This document shows, piece after piece, positions 45,133-54,765 of a DNA stretch of 64,000 bases. Each line of letters begins with the position of its first letter. The stretch's first letter is position 1. This DNA is from Patescibacteria group bacterium (GTDB lineage Bacteria; Patescibacteriota; Patescibacteriia; UBA1558; GWA2-36-10): assembly GCA_041665505.1 (NCBI GenBank), contig JBAYIR010000001.1, positions 220,392-284,391 on the forward strand. The letters run 5' to 3'. The notes under the pieces were generated by a model. That model worked only from the letters and a program-made list of their open reading frames with translations, ran no database searches and was not told the DNA's origin. The position numbers and the translations under genes are program-made.

Positions 45133-46608
45133 TTATTCTTGGCTTAATATACTTTCACCGAGGGTATGAAAATTCATTATCTTACTAGTCACAATTTGTA
45201 TTTGAGCCCAATTATAGCCTAACTTGTCAAAAGTTGCTCCGTCTGGAATCAATCGACGCTGGCCATTAGATATTACATAGACCCTAGGATCAAGGTCTTT
45301 TTTAATCAAAGTACCATCAGTCAATTTAATAGGGCTAGCATCAGCCAGCTCAGCTAGAGTTTTAGAAGTGACTTCTTTTATTTTTAACTCTGGAAAATTA
45401 GCTTCTCTTATAAAGGAATCAATTATCTTGTGTTTTTGACCATCTTTTACCAAATAAATTTCCTCAGTGGACATATCTTGCCAGACCTGAGCAAAAGGAC
45501 TAGATGATTCATCTAAAGCATCGCCTGTGGCATAAATATCTAATTCGGACTTAGCTACTTTTTCTATTTCTGTTGGATTAAAGCCTAACTGACGAAAAGC
45601 TTCATCAGAGCTAATCAATCTTTTACTTAAACCATCTATTAAATATCTATTACCACTAGGATCTTCTAAAACTGAATAATTAGCATGAGAGATTAAAGCA
45701 TCATCTTGATATTTTACTAACTCTTCGGCGGCTACTAAAAGTACTTTATTTGGGTCAAAACGTGAAACAAGGCTGGTCATATTAGCAAAAGCTCTTTTTT
45801 TACCATTAGCTATCAAATAAATAGCTCCATTACCACCAGTTTTAGCTTTGACTAAAGCTCCATCGGGGAAAAAACCTAGACTAACTACTGGTGTATCATC
45901 ATCGTTGTCAGTCAAACCACCAAAACCATATTTATTCCAAAGTGTAAAAAAAAGTTTGTTACCATGAAGATGAGGAGTATAAATATACATAGCAGCTGTA
46001 ATTTTATTGGCTGGTGTCACTACCGTACCTTTTTCTGTACATGGTAAATCTACAGTTGGGTCATCAGCACAGGCTGGTTTATTTGGTTGCCAATTGTAAC
46101 TATGGATATTATCTATATACCATCTAAATTGGAGAGCAGCCCCTCTAACTTGTTTACCAAAACCTTTATATTTGATATTGCAATAATTACCATCATAACA
46201 ATAATAGCCCATGGCAAAATCAATTGCTCTCTCTGAAGCGCTAGTGGCTTCTATTAAACCTTGCTCTTTTTGCAGTAGCGTCAATAAAAATTGAGGATTG
46301 ATTTTTGCTTCTTGAGCAGCATTATAAATTACCTCAGCCGCTGTCCTGGTTTTAATATATTTTACTTCTGGATCAGTAGATACTTCCGCTGGAGAGGGAT
46401 TATTACCACTATATTCGTAGTCCTTTAAATAGGAATTTTTAGAGCGCAAAAAATCTCTAATTTCAGAAACGGTCATAGACTGATAATTTTCAGCGTCGGA
46501 GTCAGAAATTATTTGATTATAATCAACTTCAGCCCCAAAAACTACATTGGGGATAAGTATCAAAAATAAAGTAAAAATGGCTATTTTTTTCTTATAATAA
46601 CTAGTCAT
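45133..46608 (-). CDS. Secreted protein with a putative lysozyme-like N-domain and C-terminal surface repeats
   Basis: Signal peptide; INPQFLLTLLQKEQGL, AMGY.C, YTPH; repeats DG.L.K....Y.I.NG.R. Confidence 0.65.
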   Translation of the reverse strand: MTSYYKKKIAIFTLFLILIPNVVFGAEVDYNQIISDSDAENYQSMTVSEIRDFLRSKNSYLKDYEYSGNNPSPAEVSTDPEVKYIKTRTAAEVIYNAAQEAKINPQFLLTLLQKEQGLIEATSASERAIDFAMGYYCYDGNYCNIKYKGFGKQVRGAALQFRWYIDNIHSYNWQPNKPACADDPTVDLPCTEKGTVVTPANKITAAMYIYTPHLHGNKLFFTLWNKYGFGGLTDNDDDTPVVSLGFFPDGALVKAKTGGNGAIYLIANGKKRAFANMTSLVSRFDPNKVLLVAAEELVKYQDDALISHANYSVLEDPSGNRYLIDGLSKRLISSDEAFRQLGFNPTEIEKVAKSELDIYATGDALDESSSPFAQVWQDMSTEEIYLVKDGQKHKIIDSFIREANFPELKIKEVTSKTLAELADASPIKLTDGTLIKKDLDPRVYVISNGQRRLIPDGATFDKLGYNWAQIQIVTSKIMNFHTLGESILSQE

Positions 46609-46744
46609 AATGATTTAATAATGATTATTTTATTTTAGTCTATCTATTATAGCAAAATTATCAGATTATGACCATTGATTTTTAACTATATTTAAGATAA
46701 AATCAAGCTATAGTAATTAAAATAAGCATTAATTTTAAGCACTA

Positions 46745-47296
46745 ATGGAAAATAAAAGATTATTTATAGCCCTACCAATTGATCCGGGTATTACTAAAGA
46801 TTTGGTGAAAAAATTTAGTAATCTTGACTTACCATGGGAAAAAATAAAAAAAATTCCAGCTGAACAAATACATCTAACTTTAAAATTTTTAGGTGATTTT
46901 AATATTGAAAAAATTCCTGATTTACTAAATAGTTTAGAAAAAGTAGACATTGGTGTAAGTGATATAGAGTTAAAAATAAATCAAAGCCAAGTATTTACTC
47001 CTAATCAGCCAAAAGTCTTAGCTCTGTCCATTGAGGTCAATCCACAATTACAGAAACTATACAATGAAATAGAACAAATTTTGTTTGACGATGGCTTGGC
47101 CCACAAAGAGATACGGCGTTTTTCTGGCCATTTGACTCTAGCACGAATAAAACAAAAAGCCGACTTTGAAGAGTTTCAAAAATTTAACGATTGGAAGATA
47201 ATCAGATCATTTTCAATATCAAATTTTGAAATAATAGAAAGTGAGTTAACTAAAGCTGGCCCAGAGTATACTAGTTTACAAAGTTTTGATTTATGA
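46745..47296 (+). CDS. thpR: RNA 2',3'-cyclic phosphodiesterase (2H family)
   Basis: RLFIAL, HLTLKFLG, HLTLAR. Confidence 0.92.
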   Translation: MENKRLFIALPIDPGITKDLVKKFSNLDLPWEKIKKIPAEQIHLTLKFLGDFNIEKIPDLLNSLEKVDIGVSDIELKINQSQVFTPNQPKVLALSIEVNPQLQKLYNEIEQILFDDGLAHKEIRRFSGHLTLARIKQKADFEEFQKFNDWKIIRSFSISNFEIIESELTKAGPEYTSLQSFDL

Positions 47297-48042
47297 AAGA
47301 ATATAAACTTTTAGGTGTAAAAGTAAATATCATGGCTGAGTATTTATTAAAAAATAAACTACTAGACTTTTTAAATTCCAATACTCAACACCAAATAGCC
47401 ACCATTAATCCAGAATTTATAGTTAGTAGTCAAAAAGATAAAAATTTTTTAGCCACTATCAACCAAGCTAGTATTTCTTTGATTGATGGTTCTGGTATTA
47501 TCAAAGCTTTACAGTATTTGGGGCACAATGTCTCGCTAGATGATAGAATAACTGGGGTAAAATTAACAACTATATTGATAGATTTAGCTATAAACAAAAA
47601 TTTAAAAATAATGTTTTGCTTATATAGCCAAGGACTGACCAAGGCGGATAGATTCTTCATGCTTTTAAAAGCTAAATATCCTTCCTTAGATTTTCAAGTA
47701 GCTGATGAAAACACCGCTTTAGAAAAAGGCAGAATCTTTGCCCCTAGTATTGTCTTAGTTGGTTTTGGTGCTCCTCGTCAAGATATTTGGATTGCCAAAA
47801 ATTTAAAAGAAATTCCTAGCGTTAAAATAGCAGCGGGAGTAGGTGGAACATTTGATTTTATGTCTGGTAAAATCAAAAGAGCCCCCAAATTTATGCAAAG
47901 CCTAGGTTTGGAATGGTTTTGGAGACTAATATTACAACCCACTAGATTTTTACGTATTAATCGAGCTATAATAGTGTTTCCCTACTTAATATATCGAGAT
48001 AAAATAAAGCATCAAAAAAAATATGGAAAAAGTAAGAACTAG
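47293..48042 (+). CDS. WecB/TagA/CpsF family glycosyltransferase
   Basis: TINPE, DGSG, RITG, GAPRQD, GVGGTFD, RAP, GLEW.WRL. Confidence 0.93.
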   Translation: MKEYKLLGVKVNIMAEYLLKNKLLDFLNSNTQHQIATINPEFIVSSQKDKNFLATINQASISLIDGSGIIKALQYLGHNVSLDDRITGVKLTTILIDLAINKNLKIMFCLYSQGLTKADRFFMLLKAKYPSLDFQVADENTALEKGRIFAPSIVLVGFGAPRQDIWIAKNLKEIPSVKIAAGVGGTFDFMSGKIKRAPKFMQSLGLEWFWRLILQPTRFLRINRAIIVFPYLIYRDKIKHQKKYGKSKN

Positions 48043-49450
48043 GTTTGCTCCTAGCCCCACTGGATATTTACACATTGGCGGTTTGCGTACTGCTTTGTTT
48101 TCTTATTTGTGGGCTAGAAAAAATAAAGGTGAATTTACTATTAGGATAGAGGACACCGATAGGGAAAGATATATTGAAGGAGCTGACAAACAATTACTAG
48201 ATACTCTAGCTAAATTTGCTATTATCTCTGATACCGAGGTTAAACATCAATCAAATAGGCTAAAATTATACCAAAAAGATTGTGATAAGTTGATAGAACA
48301 CAATCAGGCTTACAGATGTTTTTGTTCTCCTGAAAGATTAGATAAAGTACGCGAAGAACAACAAAAAAACAAACAAGTACCAAAATATGACCGCTATTGC
48401 TTAAACTTAAGTCAAAAAGAGATTGATGATAAAATAAACAATGGACAAAAATTTGTAGTCCGTTTTAAAATTCCAGACAATCAAATTGTAGTAGCTGAGG
48501 ATACTGTTTATGGAAAAATTTCCGTCAAAACCCAAGACTTGGACGATTTTGTAATTTTGAAATCAAACAAATTTCCTACTTACCATCTAGCTAATGTAGT
48601 GGATGATCATGATATGCGTATCACACACGTTGTAAGAGGAGAAGAGTGGATACCATCTTTTCCTAAACATGTTTTAATTTATCAAGCTTTGGGCTATGCT
48701 ATGCCTATTTTTGTACATTTACCACTACTACTTAATCCTGATAAATCTAAACTTTCCAAAAGACAAGGAGATGTAGCCGTAGAGGATTATCTAAACAAAG
48801 GCTATTTGATAGAAGCTCTAATTAACTACGTGGCTCTTTTGGGTTGGAGTCCGGGTAATGACAAAGAATTTTTCTTACTCAAAGAATTAACTAAAGAATT
48901 TTCTTTAGAAAAAATAAACAAAGCTGGAGCAGTATTTGATGTTAATAAACTAAATTGGTTTAATGCTGAATACATTAGAAAAATAATTTCTCAAAATGAT
49001 GAAAGATTTTTGCAACTAATAAATGAGACCGAACAATATCTTGGTAAAAATGCTCATAAAGCCAAAAAAGTTTTAAGATTATTTGGCAGCCGAATAGATA
49101 ATTTATCTCAATTAGCTCAGGATAGTAAATTTTTATTTGAATTAGCAGATTATAAAAAAGAATTGCTAATTTTTAAAAAATCAGACCTAATCAAAACCAA
49201 AGAGGCTTTAAATTTAGCTTTAGGCACTCTAGGTAAGTTGCATCATAGTGAGTGGGATCAAAAAAGCATCAATGATTCCATAAATAATCTAATAGCTAGA
49301 CGCCAACTTAGCCCAGGTGATATTTTTTGGCCACTAAGAGTAGCTTGTTCTGGTTTAGAACGTAGCCCCTCACCAGCAGAATTGTTAGAATTTTTAGGCA
49401 AAGAAGAAGCTTTAGCTAGAGTAAAAAAAGCTATTAAAAAACTACAGTAG
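48023..49450 (+). CDS. gltX: Glutamate--tRNA ligase
   Basis: RFAPSPTGYLHIGG, RIEDTD, PTYHLANVVDD, KLSKR. Confidence 0.98.
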   Translation: MEKVRTRFAPSPTGYLHIGGLRTALFSYLWARKNKGEFTIRIEDTDRERYIEGADKQLLDTLAKFAIISDTEVKHQSNRLKLYQKDCDKLIEHNQAYRCFCSPERLDKVREEQQKNKQVPKYDRYCLNLSQKEIDDKINNGQKFVVRFKIPDNQIVVAEDTVYGKISVKTQDLDDFVILKSNKFPTYHLANVVDDHDMRITHVVRGEEWIPSFPKHVLIYQALGYAMPIFVHLPLLLNPDKSKLSKRQGDVAVEDYLNKGYLIEALINYVALLGWSPGNDKEFFLLKELTKEFSLEKINKAGAVFDVNKLNWFNAEYIRKIISQNDERFLQLINETEQYLGKNAHKAKKVLRLFGSRIDNLSQLAQDSKFLFELADYKKELLIFKKSDLIKTKEALNLALGTLGKLHHSEWDQKSINDSINNLIARRQLSPGDIFWPLRVACSGLERSPSPAELLEFLGKEEALARVKKAIKKLQ

Positions 49451-49503
49451 CTTACTTGTTTATATTTCATAAATATGCTATAATATAAACATATTAGTAA
49501 ACC

Positions 49504-50757
49504 ATGCTACAAATAAAAATAAAAACTAGTCAAATATTATCTAGTATCTTAGCCATAACTTTACTTGGTTTTATTTTTTTACCAAAAAATACTGGAGCCG
49601 TAGAATATAAATTAGATAATGTTGATACTATAGAAACATGGCAGTTAAATCAAGATATTAATGAAAAAAGATCTGAAATTCAAGAACTTAGGCGTCAAAT
49701 TGATGTTTATAAAAAAAATATTGATGCTAAACAAAGGCAATTAGGCAATCTAGCTACTCAAATCAGCACACTCAATGAGAGTATTGCTAAAATTAACTTA
49801 GAAATACAAGCTACTGAATTGGAGATGGATGCTTTGAATCTTGAAATAGAAAATACCCAACTAAAAATTGATTCCAAAGAAAAAGAAATAACTGAACAGA
49901 AAGATGTATTAGCTGAAGTAATTCGTTCTTTGCATAGACAACAACAAAAAAATAATCTTCTAGAAATATTAATACTTAATGATAATTTTAGTGATTTTAT
50001 AGCTGACCTCAACAATCTAGAAGACATGAGGGACAATTTATTTGATGGGGTAGGAGAACTAAATAAAATAAAAATTGCCTTAAGTGATGATAAAAATTCC
50101 ATAGAAAATGAAAAAACAGAACTTGACACTCTAAAAAGTATACTAGATAACAAAAAAGGTAGTTTAGATGGCCAAAAGACTAGTAAATCAACACTGATGG
50201 CTGCTACCCAAGGACAAGAAGCCAAATATCAGACCCTGCTACATCAAGCTAAAGAAGAACAAGAGCAGGCTAATAGTGATATTGTTTACCTAGAACAAAT
50301 TGCTCGTGAAAAAGTAAATCGTCAATTAGAGTTGGATAACATCACTAGTGATGGTCTGATGTGGCCAGTGACTTCTCAAAGAGTGACTGCTTATTTTCAT
50401 GATCCAGATTACCCCTACCGTTATATTTTTGAACACCCAGCTATAGATATTGCTACACCACAAGGCACGCCACTAAGAGCCGCTGAATCAGGCTACGTGG
50501 CTAAAGCTAAAGACGGAGGAGCGACTGGCTATAGTTATATTATGTTGATTCATGCCGACGGTTTATCTACTGTCTATGGCCACATTAATAGTATCAGTGT
50601 CAGTGCTGACCAATTTGTTTCTAAAGGTGACATTATTGGCTATACCGGTGGTATGCCAGGTACTTATGGTGCTGGGCCACTTACTACTGGTCCGCATCTT
50701 CATCTAGAGGTGCGTCTAAATGGCGTACCAGTTGATCCGCTAAATTATTTACCTTAA
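49504..50757 (+). CDS. Coiled-coil plus M23 peptidase (EnvC/CwlO-like)
   Basis: Signal peptide, long coiled coil, HPAID, YGH, TGPHLHLE. Confidence 0.9.
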   Translation: MLQIKIKTSQILSSILAITLLGFIFLPKNTGAVEYKLDNVDTIETWQLNQDINEKRSEIQELRRQIDVYKKNIDAKQRQLGNLATQISTLNESIAKINLEIQATELEMDALNLEIENTQLKIDSKEKEITEQKDVLAEVIRSLHRQQQKNNLLEILILNDNFSDFIADLNNLEDMRDNLFDGVGELNKIKIALSDDKNSIENEKTELDTLKSILDNKKGSLDGQKTSKSTLMAATQGQEAKYQTLLHQAKEEQEQANSDIVYLEQIAREKVNRQLELDNITSDGLMWPVTSQRVTAYFHDPDYPYRYIFEHPAIDIATPQGTPLRAAESGYVAKAKDGGATGYSYIMLIHADGLSTVYGHINSISVSADQFVSKGDIIGYTGGMPGTYGAGPLTTGPHLHLEVRLNGVPVDPLNYLP

Positions 50758-50767
50758 AATTAACATA

Positions 50768-50792
50768 AAAAAAACGGTTTAGGCCGTTTTTT
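50768..50792 (+). terminator. Intrinsic terminator
   Basis: AAAAAACGGT-TTAG-GCCGTTTTTT. Confidence 0.65.
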
Positions 50793-50809
50793 AATTATAA
50801 TTTACAAAT

Positions 50810-52549
50810 ATGGAAAATCAAAAACCAAGCGAGCAAAAAAACTACGAAGAACATAGAATAGATGGTTTTAAAATATTTTTAGCTATTTTGGCTATAATTT
50901 TAGTTATTTCCAATGTTATTACAGTATATTTTTTGCTTAATAAAAATAAACAGCCAGAAAATACTAATCAAAACACAAATAATAATATAGTAGTTAATGA
51001 AAATAATATAAATGATGACATCAATACTGATTTACCGACTGAAGAAATATTAGTAGATTGGTACACTCAGCCCATAGCTATAAATGTTGAAGAATTTTTT
51101 GGAGCAGATAAAATTGCTCTAAATAAAAAAGAAAACCCAGATTTTACTATTTTGGAAGTAAGCTCTATAGAAAAAGTAGGCCAAGTAAAAACTGGTGCTT
51201 ATGCTGGCGATAATTTATACGCTGTTTTAATTCAAGAAATGGGCACTACCAAACTCCATGCTATTAAACACAACGACGATGTTTTAATATTTAATAACCA
51301 AATAGACTATAATCGCTGTGCTGATAATGCCTATAAGTACCTATGCACAGATATAAATACTACTATACAAAATCTAGAAACTCCTGAAACTATAGAAATT
51401 GCTAATTCCAATTTACAACTTATAAAAAAAGAATGGCAATATTACCAAAAATTTAGCGAGCTAGAAAATATTGAAAAATTATTTGAATATGCTCCTGGAA
51501 AATACATTTATCAAGAAAAATTCCCAAATAGCAAGAATTTAAATTATCTAGCCACTGCTGAAGATCAAAGCATTAGACTATACGAATTAAAGTTGGATTT
51601 TTTAGGGACAGAAGGAGAATCTAGCCAATATCTTGGCCAAATTCCTAATACTTTAGACATTACTTGGTCAGATGGCACTAAAAATTCAGAAGAATTCTTG
51701 CAAGAAACCTATAGAAATAGCCAATCTTACGCTTATTATATAAAAGGCTTAGAAGATTTAAAAATTACTGGACAGACCAAAACTGGTAAGCCTATTTATG
51801 AATTAAAAAATCCTAACTTCAAAGAAATCTCAGCCGACACAGAAAATATTTTTGAAAAAATGTATAACTCTATCTATACTCCTGCTGGTCAAGAAACTCC
51901 TTTTGCAGAATTTTTAAAACAACACCCAATTATTTTCTGGCAAGACCCATTTGGAAATTTTCTAGAATTTAGAAATGCGGAGTTTATGCCCGCTGCTGAA
52001 TTTGGCAAACCAGTAATATACCTTTACCCTGAAAAGACCACTGATGTCAGTGTCAAAGTATCCCCCAATAAAGGTTTAACTATCACTGAACCAGCTTACA
52101 ATAATGGTTGGTTGGTCAAAGCTTATCCTGATGGTAATTTGTATAATTATAATGATCAGAAAAACTATCCTTATTTATTTTGGGAGGGCAGGGGAATAAA
52201 CTATCAAATACCCAAAGATGGTTTTGTAGTAGCCAAAAACGACATCAGAAAATTTTTAGTAGAAAAATTAAGCGAACAGGGGTTGATAGCTAAGGAATAT
52301 AATGAATTTATAGACTTTTGGGCACCAAAAATGACTGAACAGGCTTATTATTTTATTACCTTTATGCCTCAAGCTGACTTTGATAAGCTAGCCCCTCTTG
52401 AAATAAGTCCTCGGCCTGATACTATTATAAGAGTATTTATGGACTATAGGCCGCTAAATGAAATAATTAAAGTCAAAACACCAGTATTTAAAACCCCAGC
52501 TAGAAATGGTTTCACTGTAGTAGAGTGGGGTGGAGCGCTCCATAATTAA
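50810..52549 (+). CDS. Membrane-anchored hypothetical protein with a conserved C-terminal KPVIYLYP domain
   Basis: TM plus Asn-rich linker; KPVIYLYP, YPYLFWEG, EFIDFW, PDTIIRV, VVEWGG. Confidence 0.75.
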   Translation: MENQKPSEQKNYEEHRIDGFKIFLAILAIILVISNVITVYFLLNKNKQPENTNQNTNNNIVVNENNINDDINTDLPTEEILVDWYTQPIAINVEEFFGADKIALNKKENPDFTILEVSSIEKVGQVKTGAYAGDNLYAVLIQEMGTTKLHAIKHNDDVLIFNNQIDYNRCADNAYKYLCTDINTTIQNLETPETIEIANSNLQLIKKEWQYYQKFSELENIEKLFEYAPGKYIYQEKFPNSKNLNYLATAEDQSIRLYELKLDFLGTEGESSQYLGQIPNTLDITWSDGTKNSEEFLQETYRNSQSYAYYIKGLEDLKITGQTKTGKPIYELKNPNFKEISADTENIFEKMYNSIYTPAGQETPFAEFLKQHPIIFWQDPFGNFLEFRNAEFMPAAEFGKPVIYLYPEKTTDVSVKVSPNKGLTITEPAYNNGWLVKAYPDGNLYNYNDQKNYPYLFWEGRGINYQIPKDGFVVAKNDIRKFLVEKLSEQGLIAKEYNEFIDFWAPKMTEQAYYFITFMPQADFDKLAPLEISPRPDTIIRVFMDYRPLNEIIKVKTPVFKTPARNGFTVVEWGGALHN

Positions 52550-52551
52550 GC

Positions 52552-54414
52552 ATGGTAAGTAAACAAAAAAAAATTATTATTATCTTAGTCCTGCTTCTTT
52601 GCCAAGTAGGACTATTTTATACTTGGCTTAAATGGGAAAATATTGATTTTCTTAAACCTAAACAAAAAATTGACCAGCCACTTAAAGTGGAGGAAAGAAT
52701 TTTGGAAACTCATAAGTCATATTTTATATCAGCTGATTTTTATAACCAGGCTTATGAGGCAGGTACTAAACAAATAATATCAGCCGAAGATAAAGTCTAT
52801 GGAGGTATAATTCCCCATCATCTCATGCCCAAAGACAAAATAGCTGCTTGGTTCTTGGGTTTAAAAGACACAAATTATGACACAGTGGTATTAATTGGCC
52901 CCAATCATTTTGAAGCAGGTGAGGCTGATATTATAATTTCCCAAGCAAAGTGGGAGACGCCTTATGGCGAACTTCTACCTGATCTAAAACTGAGTGATAA
53001 TTTACTAAAAGTTAAAAATATAAAGCTAGATGAGAAACCTTTTGGGAGTGAACATTCTATATCTGGCTTAGTGCCATTTATAAAAAAATCTCTGCCGCAA
53101 GCCAATATAGTACCAATTATTTTAAAAAATAAAACTAAAACCGCCGACTTAGATAATCTAGCTGCCAACTTAGCCAGTCTGATAGTTAAAGAAAAAACTT
53201 TGGTTCTAGCCAGCGTTGATTTCTCCCACTGGCAGACTGATCTAGTCTCAGATTTTCATGATGATTTAAGTCAAAATGTTATAGAAACTTTTGATTTTGA
53301 ACGTATCCATAATCTAGAAATAGATTCACCGGCCTCTATTTATGCCGTTTTAAAGTATTTAGAAAAAATAGATGCCCAAAAATCTCAGCTAGCTTTCCAT
53401 ACAGATTCTAGTGAACTACTAAAAAAACCTGATGAGGCTGGTACTAGTCATTTTTATTATTATTTTTCCACTGGCCAAAAGAAAACAGAAACGGCTTTAA
53501 GTTTATTATTTTTTGGTGATCTAATGCTAGATAGAAATGTCAAAACAATTATAGATAAAAATGGTTTAGGCTATATATTTAATAATTTAGCCACTGAGGA
53601 AAATAGATTTTTTATGAGCCCTGATATTATTAGTGCCAATTTAGAAGGAGCTCTAACTAATAGTGGTACTCATTATCCGCCAGAAGCTAGTATTGATTTT
53701 GCTATAAACCCTGATTTAATAAAAAAAATTAAAAAAGATTATTTCTTTAATTTTTTTAATTTAGCCAATAACCATATCACTGACCAAGGCCAAAAAGGTC
53801 TAGAAGAGACTAAATATAATTTAAATAAGCTAAATATAGATTACAGTGGTTGCCCAGACGCTATGCTTGATAATTGTAGTAGCCAAATTTTGGATATAGC
53901 TGATCAAAAAATTGCTATGTTTGGCTTTAGCATGGTTTATAATAATTTTGATTTAACCAAAGCTATAAATGAAATCAAAGAAGCTAAAGAAAAAAATAAC
54001 TTAGTGATTGCTCAAATTCATTGGGGAGCTGAGTATACACATAATTTTAATGAGCAGCAACAAAATATTGCTCATCAATTTATTGATGCCGGAGCTGATA
54101 TAATAATTGGGCATCATCCTCATGTGGTTCAAGGAATAGAAATTTATAACAATAAGCCAATTTTTTATTCCTTGGGTAATTTTGTCTTTGATCAATATTT
54201 TTCTCCAGACACCCAGGAAGAATTAGCTGTGGGAATATCCTATCAAACTGGAGAATACAAAATATATCTATTCCCAATTCAATCAAACAATAGTCAGCTC
54301 AGCTTAATGACTGGCGAAAATAAAAATAACTTTTTTAAAAAAATAGCTGACTGGTCAAACATTACTCAAAATTTTGAAAAACAACTACTTAGTGGACAAG
54401 TTTTAATCAAATAA
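52552..54414 (+). CDS. MEMO-family domain fused to a CapA (PGA_cap) metallophosphatase
   Basis: IIPHH, IGPNH, EHS, SVDFSH; then GDLMLDR, NLEG, LANNH, HWG.EY, GHHPHV, YSLGNF.FDQ. Confidence 0.88.
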   Translation: MVSKQKKIIIILVLLLCQVGLFYTWLKWENIDFLKPKQKIDQPLKVEERILETHKSYFISADFYNQAYEAGTKQIISAEDKVYGGIIPHHLMPKDKIAAWFLGLKDTNYDTVVLIGPNHFEAGEADIIISQAKWETPYGELLPDLKLSDNLLKVKNIKLDEKPFGSEHSISGLVPFIKKSLPQANIVPIILKNKTKTADLDNLAANLASLIVKEKTLVLASVDFSHWQTDLVSDFHDDLSQNVIETFDFERIHNLEIDSPASIYAVLKYLEKIDAQKSQLAFHTDSSELLKKPDEAGTSHFYYYFSTGQKKTETALSLLFFGDLMLDRNVKTIIDKNGLGYIFNNLATEENRFFMSPDIISANLEGALTNSGTHYPPEASIDFAINPDLIKKIKKDYFFNFFNLANNHITDQGQKGLEETKYNLNKLNIDYSGCPDAMLDNCSSQILDIADQKIAMFGFSMVYNNFDLTKAINEIKEAKEKNNLVIAQIHWGAEYTHNFNEQQQNIAHQFIDAGADIIIGHHPHVVQGIEIYNNKPIFYSLGNFVFDQYFSPDTQEELAVGISYQTGEYKIYLFPIQSNNSQLSLMTGENKNNFFKKIADWSNITQNFEKQLLSGQVLIK

Positions 54415-54480
54415 AACTAATAAAATAAGCCATTTTACCTAGGCTTTTTTATTATTTTAAAATTTTTATAGCCATAGACC

Positions 54481-54509
54481 TTGACAAATACATAAACATA
54501 TGCTATTAT
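54481..54509 (+). promoter_or_regulatory. Sigma70 promoter for structured RNA D
   Basis: TTGACA-17bp-TATTAT with an extended -10 TG. Confidence 0.75.
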
Positions 54510-54514
54510 TCTTT

Positions 54515-54738
54515 TTGTGCTGAAAAAAATCAGCCTGTACAGTTTGAAAAGTTGGCCTCTGGTTTAGACGTGTATTTAACGGGAGCGCATAACCACATCT
54601 GTGGATCTTGCGTTACTGTTACGCGCTAAATCGGCAAAGCCACTTTCAAAGCTCCCTCCACGGGGAGCATTCATCCTGGCCCACGGGCTGGGGTGAAAGA
54701 GGGGGTCCCAGGCCCAGTCGGGACCCTCTTTTCTTTTT
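54515..54738 (+). ncRNA. Candidate structured ncRNA D (about 225 nt; 108-nt rod, two hairpins, terminator)
   Basis: Stems 54543-54650, 54651-54668, 54670-54697 and 54698-54731 abut each other; U-rich tail; no ORF. Confidence 0.7.
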
Positions 54739-54765
54739 GTTTATAAAATCTAAATACCTTTTAAA

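Noticed and set aside
54543-54650. SRP 4.5S RNA
   Set aside because: Similar length, but no GNRA tetraloop or conserved CAGG/AGCA internal loops
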